DNA of 55,543 nucleotides, the filler included, from Catajapyx aquilonaris (lineage: Eukaryota): the NCBI GenBank assembly GCA_000934665.2. It is 4 parts of 4 records of this genome, joined end to end, with 100 filler letters (N's around TTAATTAATTAA, not from the genome) between each part and the next. Parts side by side here need not be neighbours in the genome. Positions count along the whole stretch, not along the records: positions 27,858 to 41,653 come from JYFJ02007986.1; positions 41,754 to 55,543 come from JYFJ02007987.1; 2 more parts are not named here. One strand, 5' to 3'. The notes beneath the pieces were generated by a model that was not told where the DNA came from, did no database searches, and saw only the letters and a program-made list of their open reading frames with translations. Numbering within the stretch: the first letter of the stretch is position 1; each line of letters begins with the position of its first letter. Below are positions 37,747-45,997 of the stretch, in pieces. The translations under genes were made by a program, and so were the position numbers.

Positions 37747-39621
37747 ATGGAATTCCTTGAGCAGCTGCGAGCCATCCTGGGGGAAGAGAGGTGCTTTAAA
37801 GCCGAAGAGGGCAGTGGAACCAGCCAGGAGAACTGGAGGGACATGGTGGAAGGACTGCAGCGCAGGATGGAGGCCAGGGAGGAGAGAACTCCGGAGGACT
37901 ACCATGTCTCCGTACGAAGTAGGTGGTGTGGAAGCAATGGGGACCGTGGTGACGACTCCCAGGCTTGGCGAGGAGACCTGCCCGACGAGAGGGCGTCAAT
38001 CATGCAGGAGGTCAAGGTGGCCTTGCATGAGGGCATGGCAGAACTCCGGAGGGAGATGAGGGCAGAGATGGTGAAGATGCGGTTGGAGGAAGAGGCGAAA
38101 GAACGGTGCCGCAATGAGGAGCTTCAGGCGCAGCTGAAGGAGTTGCGAGATGGCCTGGAGTTGGTAGCAAGGGAAGTTGCTAACAGACCTACAGCGGCGC
38201 CGCAGGGGGTCTCTCCATCCACAAGCGGCATTGGAATGGCATCGCCATCCCTGGTGCAGAACCTAACAATCCGGAAGGTGCCAACAATGGGCCAAGCGAT
38301 GTTGCCACGCGACGGCCGAGGGGAAGACTCGGCGACACACCGACAACAGCGGAAGGCGCTAACAATGACAGGTGAGGGGATGTTGCCACGTGACGGTCAT
38401 GGGGAGGCCTCGGCATCACCTCAAACAGACCTGATGGTGCCAAGATTAAGAGACATGACGATGGTACCACGCAACGGCAGAGAGGAGCTGCCAGGAGGTT
38501 ACAGTGGAACATCATGGTGTGGGGCCAGCCAGGAAAAAGCAGCAGAGTTGGGGCTGACGATGTCTGGTTGGGAAGGAGTTACCGATGGGGGGAAGGTCAC
38601 CCCTGTTGGTGAAGAGAACCAGGCTGTAGGCGCCGTGAGGTTGTGCCGTGACGTCAGAGGGCTCGAGGAAAGCACAGAGCGTGGTGCCAGAGGATGCTGC
38701 AACGTGTCGGGGGGCCGGCAGATCCTGGAGCCAACTACGAACAGTCTGGTTGTCGGCGAGGACACCTGGGAGCCAGCAAAAAGTGGTCGTACCTGTGGTG
38801 GAGGTGACTCGTGGGAAGAAGAGGTGCAAAGAAGGACGACCTGCAGGTGCCGTGGAGATGGCGCCGAGACGCTGGACCATGACGTCACAGGGAAAGAAGA
38901 GGCCTGGGTGCGAGCAGTGTGTGTTGCACCTATATTGATGGTGGTGATGATGGCGATGGTGCTGGTGACTTATTTGTCGAGCTGCTGCGGGGATCCAGAG
39001 GGCCGACATCGTCAGTCACAGAAAACAGCAGTGGGGAATTCCGCGGGTGAGCACATGGCAGGGATCATCCGGTCGTTGGACCACTGGAGGAGCCGAAAGA
39101 GGGCGAGCACCGAAGAGTTCCAGGAAGAGGGCGCCATGAGGATGCGTCATACCGTCAGAGGGCTGGAAGCGGGCACAGAGACAGGTGTCGAGGGATGCTG
39201 CAGTGAACCAGAGGGCCTGCAGATCCTGGAGCCAACGACGGACCAACTGGATGACGCAGCTGAACAGAGCGACGAGGAAGATGACGCTGCTAAAGTGATC
39301 ATCCCGGGGAGGGATAATTTGATGGGCCAGGACCAGGTGGGAGCCGAGGAGTGCCAGGCAGAGGGCGCCGTGGGACAAACCGTCGGAGGGCTGGAGGAGA
39401 GCACAGAGAGAGGTCCTATAGGTTGCTGTAGCGATGCTGGGGGCCCGCAGATCCTGTATCCAACAACGGAAGATCAACGGTCACTGGAGCGAGAAAGAAA
39501 CTCCAGCTGGAGAGGGCCAGTCTGGAGAAACTGGAGAAAGAAAAAAAAGTCCAAGCTGGAATGGGAACATATTGTTTGGAACGAGATATTTCTCGTTCCC
39601 TTTAAGGGGGGAAGATTGTAG
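37747..39621 (+). CDS. 624-aa ORF of the LTR element: coiled-coil N-terminus, two sets of triple repeats, hydrophobic segment, basic C-terminus
   Basis: Stop-free from the ATG at 37747 (MEFLEQL) through the PPT to a TAG inside the 3' LTR. No CCHC, D[ST]G protease, YxDD or HHCC/DDE motif seen. Confidence 0.7.
   Translation: MEFLEQLRAILGEERCFKAEEGSGTSQENWRDMVEGLQRRMEAREERTPEDYHVSVRSRWCGSNGDRGDDSQAWRGDLPDERASIMQEVKVALHEGMAELRREMRAEMVKMRLEEEAKERCRNEELQAQLKELRDGLELVAREVANRPTAAPQGVSPSTSGIGMASPSLVQNLTIRKVPTMGQAMLPRDGRGEDSATHRQQRKALTMTGEGMLPRDGHGEASASPQTDLMVPRLRDMTMVPRNGREELPGGYSGTSWCGASQEKAAELGLTMSGWEGVTDGGKVTPVGEENQAVGAVRLCRDVRGLEESTERGARGCCNVSGGRQILEPTTNSLVVGEDTWEPAKSGRTCGGGDSWEEEVQRRTTCRCRGDGAETLDHDVTGKEEAWVRAVCVAPILMVVMMAMVLVTYLSSCCGDPEGRHRQSQKTAVGNSAGEHMAGIIRSLDHWRSRKRASTEEFQEEGAMRMRHTVRGLEAGTETGVEGCCSEPEGLQILEPTTDQLDDAAEQSDEEDDAAKVIIPGRDNLMGQDQVGAEECQAEGAVGQTVGGLEESTERGPIGCCSDAGGPQILYPTTEDQRSLERERNSSWRGPVWRNWRKKKKSKLEWEHIVWNEIFLVPFKGGRL
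39604..39615 (+). promoter_or_regulatory. Polypurine tract
   Basis: AAGGGGGGAAGA immediately before the 3' LTR. Confidence 0.88.
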
Positions 39622-41653
39622 TGTCCTGGCAACTAGGTTGTGTTGTCTGTTGCCCTTGTTACCAGGACACTGACGTTGTTGATTTGAATGGAATGTGAGT
39701 TCTTGTTTGATCGTCCTCCTGGACGGAAGTGTTGTAGTTCGTGTCCCAAATAGAGTGCCATAGTGGCTCGTAAACCTTGCCCGTGTGTTCCTGAGTTATT
39801 ATTTTGTGGTGTCTCTGACGGAATCATCGTGGGGCACTACATTATTCCAAATCAAGTAATCCGAAATGTTGCTAGACCATCTCGGAATTTGGTGAAAAAT
39901 ATCACAGATGTATACATGACTATGCCATAACACGTCATGTCAAGTTTCAGCCAAATTACGCCATACCATTAGGAGGGGAAAAATCGCGAAATTCAGGAAA
40001 ATAGTGAAAATCACAAGAAAATCAGGCCCTTTCGGAGAATTTTTTCGGTTCGTGGAAGGGGTCAAACCCCAATAAGCAATACATCAAATGAAAGAGGATC
40101 ACGAAGGGAATACGTCTATGCAATTAGTTTTCCTCTAAAGTGTAACATGAAAAATGTGCGTGGAATTCCATCGGTCACGTGCTCGGTCACATGTCCAAGA
40201 AATTTGAAATTTTCTGGTCACACTTTAGAGGAAAACTAATTGCATAGACGCATTCCTTTCGTGATCCTATTTCATTTGATGTATTGCTTATTGGGGTTTG
40301 ACCACTTCCACGAACCGAAAAAATTATCCGAAAGGGCCTGATTTTCGCTATTTTCCTAAATTTCGCGGGTTTTTTTCCTTCTAATGGTATTGCGTAATTT
40401 GGCTGAAACTTGACATGACGTGTTATGGCATAGTCATGTACAGCTGTGATATTTTTCACCAAATTCCGAGATGGTCTAGCAACATTTCGGCTTACTTGAT
40501 TTGGAATGACCCGTATGCACTATTTCGAGGATTTTGGTTTTTTGACTGCAACTGCCCCAAGGTCAAAAACAAATACCAGACAAAATGAATGGTCAATTAT
40601 GAGTTACCAGTGACCTAACCAACATGGAAATAGCGATTAATTTCCATGGACATAATGCATAATGTAATATGTGTTGTTCTCGCAAAAATTGCGAAACTTG
40701 AAGGCTCTGTCGACAAATGAAGATGAAGTACGAAAATTCTTGAAAAATTCACCAGTGTTATACTTGTCCATACACAACTTTTGACACCCCGTGCGATTTA
40801 ATCGGACAACTTTCGTTTTTTTCGCTCCACCTCAAAAGTGACTCGTGCGTGTTTCGTTGCTTACAGGCTGAAAGAAAAGGGCATCAAGCGCCGGGTCCCA
40901 GCCAGGAAGATCCACTGCGGAACACAAGCGGGCCCGGCTTAAGTTCGCCGAGAAGTACGTGGAAAAGTCTGCTGACTTTTGGATGGGGACTCTTTTCTCC
41001 GGTGAGAAGACTTTCCGATCGGATAGTCAAGGGAAGCTTCATTGCTGGAGGCCGGATGGAACACGGTATGTGTCAAGGGCAAGAAATGCGCCGGCCACTT
41101 TAGCGCCGCATGTTTTTTAAAATATATATAATTATTGCTGAGCAGGGGCTACGGAAATTATTTAAAAATGGGTTGGCTAGGAAGTAGTCGTCGAGTACCG
41201 TAGCATCATTAAGGATGTTGACCCTAATTCCGGACGGTGGTCGGACAAAGTGCACTCGGTTCGCTGTCTTACGAAATGAAATTTCTTCAGGCCTTAAGGT
41301 GTGTTTATACCGTCTGGAAGTGAGCCCAGTTCGCGCGAACTGGGTGCTTTGGCAACGTTGACGGTGCCCACCAGAAATAATGTCGCAAGGAATCGAGCGC
41401 CTGCGACCGCTTTTCTCCCTAGGAGTCTTTTCCGCAAGGAGCAACGGATTCCTAACCTCTGCTGTGCCCCTGCTGACCAATCAGAGCCTTCCCCGTATGC
41501 GCGCGCACAGTTGAGACGCCCATCCCTTTGCCTTTCTCCATCCTTTCTCTTTTCGGAACCAATCAGCGACGGTAGAGGGTGGAGTTTATCTCCCCCATCC
41601 AAGATGGCTGAACTGAGCAGTACAGCAAATGAGCTCGGAAGGCAGGAGGAACA

Positions 41654-41753
41654 NNNNNNNNNNNNNNNNNNNNNNNNNNNNNNNNNNNNNNNNNNNNTTA
41701 ATTAATTAANNNNNNNNNNNNNNNNNNNNNNNNNNNNNNNNNNNNNNNNNNNN
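41654..41753. other. Artificial assembly spacer
   Basis: 44 N + TTAATTAATTAA + 44 N. Confidence 0.97.
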
Positions 41754-41858
41754 GAACTGCTTGTGGACTTTTAAAAGATGTGAAAAGACGCTGTGAAAAG
41801 TAGGGTTAAAAAACCTGGGGGGTCCGAAACTTTCCGTCCACCCTGTATATTATATATA

Positions 41859-42536
41859 CAGGGTGATTACAAATGAATAGTATAATTACAAATGCATATA
41901 GCTCCGTACCTATCAACCGTACATGAACGTGTTATACACCAAATGAAAGAGGAGGTTTGAAAGTTTTTTTCATACCTTATAAATGTTCTATATGATTTCC
42001 CTTGGTCACTCGAGAAACGTCGATCCGATAGTGCAATTCCTCCCATACTCGTGCCAGCATGTCCGTTGTCACTGACTCAACCGCAGTAACAATGCACTGG
42101 CATTCAGATGTTCGCCAGTTTCTGAACAATGTGCTCCTTCGTCGTTGGATAGGTCGCAGTGACCTGCAAGACTTGGCGCTTTACTGCTGGCCCCCAAGGT
42201 CGCCGGATTTGACGCCATGCGACTTCTTCCTTTGGGGGTACGTTAAGGATGCTGTGTACGTGACACTGATGCCAACAACCCTGGATGAACTCAAACATCG
42301 CATTGTTACTGCGGTTGAGTCAGTGACAACGGACATGCTGGCACGAGTATAGGAGGAATTGCACTATCGGATTGACGTTTCTCGAGTGACCAAGGGAAGT
42401 CATACAGAACATTTATAAGGTATGAAATAAACTTTAAAACCTCCTCTTTCATTTGGTGTATAACACGTTCATGTGCGGTTGATAGGTACGGAGCTATATG
42501 CATTTGTAATTATACTATTCATTTGTAATCACCCTG
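41859..42536. mobile_element. Tc1/mariner (rosa/DD41D-like) foldback derivative with two copies of the 3' end
   Basis: TA|CAGGGTGATTAC...GTAATCACCCTG|TA, ~237-bp arms; centre encodes RWIGR...WPPRSPDLTPCDFFLWGYVKD. Confidence 0.9.
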
Positions 42537-42565
42537 TATATATATATATATATATATATAATATA

Positions 42566-44166
42566 CAGGGTGGACCAACTGGATCCCCTCCTCTTCGAAA
42601 AATCATTTCCGATTTGGACCAAAACATAGTATGTTGTAGTACCCATATGTCTGAGCAAGGGCCTCGTTTTGTTTGTCACTTCGATTCGTGGTTGCATAAC
42701 CACAGGTGCGAAAGGTACGGATTTTTGCGAATTTTGCCTCCGCCAGTCATCAGTTGGAGGGACATAACTTCGCTAATTTAATACCCTTTCAGATGGTAGG
42801 AAACACGTTCGTGAAAATTCGAAATTTCGAATTAAAGATGGCGTCCTAAACATTGATTTTATTTTTTTCTCAGAAATCGGCATTTTTTAAAAATTTTGAG
42901 TTGCGTTTAAAATGAAGCCTACATTGTTTAATTGACATTTCCGCAAAAAAACGAGAATAGTCTTGTGAAATTTGCTAACCATAAAGACATTTTCACAAAA
43001 TAATGTTGCCCCCGTCCGCCCTCAGTTGGAGGGCCATAATATATTATTGTCGGGATATTGTTACAAATCAAAATTTCGCTATTTTAACATTCTTTCAGAC
43101 TGTCGAACTCCTGTTTGTAAAAAATCAAAATATCGAATTAAGATGGCGTCCAAAACGCTGATTTATTTTTTTCTCAGAAATCGGCACGATTTTTTAAAAC
43201 ATTGCGCTTAAAAAATGAAGTCGACATTGTTTAATTGACATTTCCGCAAAAGCTGGAGAGTAGACTCTCGAAATTAATTGACAGGGTAAATTTTTATAGG
43301 AACCGGCCCTGTCGTCCGCCCTGCAATGATTTTGGGTTCCAGTGAACATTGCAGTCGTTGATTGGGCCGGCCCGGCCGGGCCCTATAAAAATTTACCCTG
43401 TCAATTAATATCGAGTCTACTCTCCAGCTTTTGCGGAAATGTCAAGAAAACATGTCAGACTTCATTTTAAGCACAATTCAATTTTTTGATATTCATTTTT
43501 GAGTAAATGTGAAATCAAGATTTTGGACGCCATCTTTAATTCGAAATTTTCGTTTCTTACAAACGTGAGTTCGACGGTCTAAAAGAGTGTTAATGTAGCT
43601 CCCCATCGCATGAATATGATTTCGTATTTGTAACAATCTCTTGACAATATTATGGCCCTCCAACTGAGGGCGGACAGGGGCAACATTTGTAAAAGTGTTT
43701 TTATGGTTAGCAAATTTCACAAGACTACTCTCGTTTTTTTTGGGGAAATGTCACTTAACCAATGTAGGCTTCATTTGAAGCGCAATTCAAAATTTTAAAA
43801 ATGCATATTTTTGAGAAATAAATAAATCAATGTTTACGAGACCATCTTTAATTCGAAATTTCGAATTTTCACGAACGTGTTTCCTACCATCTGAAAGGGT
43901 GTTCAATTAGCGCTCCAGACCATTAATCACATTACGGATATGTTACAATGTTACGAAGTTATGTCCCTCCAACTCATGGCTGACGGAGGAAAAATTAACA
44001 AAAAATCCGTACCTTTCGCACCCTGTAGTTATGCAACCACGCGTCGAAGGGACAAACAAAACGAGGCTCTTGCTCAGACATATGGGTACTACAACATACT
44101 ATGTTTTGGTTCAAATCGGAAAGGATTTGTCGGGGAGGGGGGTCCAGTTGACGTGGAATGCCTCGT
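42566..44166. mobile_element. ~1.6-kb Tc1/mariner-type foldback element
   Basis: Starts TA|CAGGGTGG; ~740-bp arms mirror around ~43340; the right terminus is degenerate. Confidence 0.82.
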
Positions 44167-44171
44167 ATATA

Positions 44172-44729
44172 CAGGGTGTTTCAGAGTCAAGGGTCAAGCG
44201 CGCGCGAGGGGGTCGGGAAAAATCGTTGGTGGCGACAACGCCGGTAGGTTTTATAAAACAATTAGATATACGGGAGTAATCAATTATTTTATTACGGCCG
44301 TATGGCGTGACGTCAAATCCGTTCTGTTCGAATTGACTGGCGCGGACTGGCTAGTGCAGCATGGGCTGAACCTGGTTGAACGGATTTTTAGCCTTGCGGG
44401 TTGCACTGAAAAAGGCGCTCTCATGCTATACCGGCAGGTACTGTACAAAGTAGTGTGTACAGTACCCTGCCGGTATAGCATGAGAGCGCCTTTTTCAGTG
44501 CAAGGCTAAAAAGCCGTTCAACCAGGTTCAACCCACTAGTGCACCTGCCAGTCCGCGCCAGTCAATTACAACAGAAAGTAGGATGTGACGTCTCGCCGTA
44601 CGGCCGTAATAAATAAATTGATTACTGCCGTATTTCTAATTGCTTTATAAAACCGACCGGGGTTGTCGCCACCTACGGTTTTTCCCCACCCTCTTTCGCG
44701 CGCTTGACCCGTGACTCTGAAACACCCTG
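44172..44729. mobile_element. Tc1/mariner-type foldback MITE, almost a complete hairpin
   Basis: TA|CAGGGTGTTTCAGAGTCA...TGACTCTGAAACACCCTG|TA; symmetric up to a loop of a few nt near 44451. Confidence 0.9.
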
Positions 44730-44822
44730 TATATAATTATAGCCTGTGCACAGGTTCTTGTAAAGGACACTAGCTTGGAGTCATGAGCTTCTGATAAAGG
44801 ACGGGATCAGAGCTATCCTGGC

Positions 44823-44970
44823 CAAGGGGGTAATCACTCGACTGAAAAGTGTACACTGGAGTACCAAATTCAAGGAGTACCAAGGAGTAATAAAGAGTGA
44901 GGTACCTAAGGAGTACCAGTGAGTTCCACTAGCAAGTGTACACCGGAGTACCGAAGGGATTACCCCCTTG
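44823..44970. mobile_element. 148-bp MITE with 8-bp TSD (P- or hAT-like)
   Basis: TIRs CAAGGGGGTAATC / GATTACCCCCTTG; TSD ATCCTGGC/AGCCTGGC; internal GGAGTACC repeats. Confidence 0.75.
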
Positions 44971-45102
44971 AGCCTGGCAGTCGCCGATTCAGGCTCAGGT
45001 CATGAGCTCAGGATACAACCTGAAGCAAGGCTCTGCTCAGGAAGCAGCTAGCTCTACGTTACCATTTAGGCTCCATGACATGATGGTCAAACTAGATTAA
45101 TG

Positions 45103-45296
45103 CATTGGTTTCAAACCTGGGGGTCGCGAGCCTTTGTTCAACTTTTTTTTCATTTCTGTGTATATTGAACCATTTTTGCGGCCGTACACAGTGTATGTTT
45201 TCTGTAAATGGGTCAGTTGTAGAAGGGGCCGGGGGGTCGCACATTTATGGAAACATGTTTAGGGGGTCGCAGTTGGTAAAAGGTTGGAAACCACTG
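45103..45296. mobile_element. hAT-type MITE with perfect 8-bp TSD
   Basis: CATTGGTTTCAAACCT...AGGTTGGAAACCACTG; TSD GATTAATG on both sides. Confidence 0.88.
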
Positions 45297-45434
45297 GATT
45301 AATGTGTCTTGGAGCCGAGCCTCACTCGACTCCTTCCTTAAACCGTCACATGCACATGACCTTTGTCCGAACGTGTGTGCAGGCCATTAGTCTGCATATA
45401 CTAATGTTCTTTCATGCTCCATTTTTATTCGTAG

Positions 45435-45577
45435 GCTACTACGATCAGATATTCTGGCATCAGTAATCACTTGCGAAAATCCGGATGCAATTCAGCAAGC
45501 TACGGCTAAGTTTAGGTCATGGATGATCAAGGGTCAAAAACTGCCTCCTAATTTACGGGATGTAGTATATTCTTCTG
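45435..45577 (+). CDS. M1 aminopeptidase (ERAP/APN-like) C-terminal domain, exon
   Basis: LLRSDILAS...FRSWM...LPPNLRDVVYSSG between an AG acceptor and a GTAAGT donor; phase 1 matches the next exon. Confidence 0.85.
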
Positions 45578-45754
45578 GTAAGTGTATACTGTAATGTATA
45601 GTCATTAGCTACAAGCTAAGGTTAAGTGAAGTTGGCCCTCAAGCTATGACGTATCCATACCAATTACCGAACAGGTGGCCCAACAAGAAACGAACACTAC
45701 TTACAGACGAAGACCTGAAATGCAAAACGATCAGAGTCATATTTGACTGATTCA

Positions 45755-45997
45755 GGGCCGGTTTCACCGAGCTTGGTATATGATAAAACCAGGGTATTTC
45801 TCAAAATCCCTATCTATTTAGGGCCGGTTTCACCGAGCTCAGTATATGATGAAACCAGGGTTCTTTCTCAAAATCCCTATCTATTTGTATTGGATTTTCC
45901 TAAAGAAACCTGGTTTTATCATATACCAAGCTCTGTGAAACCGGCCCTTAGATAGGGATTTTGAGAAATACCCTGGTTTTATCAGTGAAACCGGCCC
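45755..45997. mobile_element. PIF/Harbinger (Tourist-like) MITE with a same-family copy nested at 45821-45947
   Basis: Both have GGGCCGGTTTCAC / GTGAAACCGGCCC TIRs; TSD TCA (outer) and TTA (inner). Confidence 0.9.

Larger units (their letters stand above)
37462..39841 (+). mobile_element. Non-autonomous LTR retroelement, 2380 bp, with Ty3/Gypsy-like cis signals
   Basis: 225-bp LTRs 37462-37686 and 39617-39841 (TGTAGTG...CACTACA, no difference seen), TSD TTAT, PBS and PPT present, no recognisable pol. Confidence 0.95.
36631..40832. mobile_element. Foldback DNA element (GGGTGGAGCG termini) inside the Tc1 intron, interrupted by an LTR element
   Basis: 36631-36800 mirrors 40661-40832; 37331-37461 plus 39846-40143 mirrors 40219-40636. 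Confidence 0.85.
36192..41065 (+). pseudogene. Intron-containing Tc1-like transposase pseudogene (exons 36192-36508 and 40867-41065)
   Basis: Exon 1 encodes an HTH with a GCPRIST (GRPR-like) linker. The AG|GTAGGC...TTACAG|G junction gives TARRRLKEKG. Exon 2 reads HKRARLKFA...FWMGTLFSGEKTF...CWRPDGTR, with one frameshift and G in place of the first catalytic D. Confidence 0.8.

Noticed and set aside
38914..38976. Calling the LTR-element ORF an envelope (env) gene
   Set aside because: No signal peptide or fusion-protein pattern. The hydrophobic run comes from low-complexity GAT/GGT sequence, so even membrane insertion is unproven.
13794..41753. Fat-P450-ZNRD2-aminopeptidase as a gene cluster; TTAATTAATTAA as a biological repeat
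   Set aside because: The pieces are joined by synthetic spacers.
43940..44509. 189-aa ORF
   Set aside because: Spans the junction of two non-coding foldback elements.
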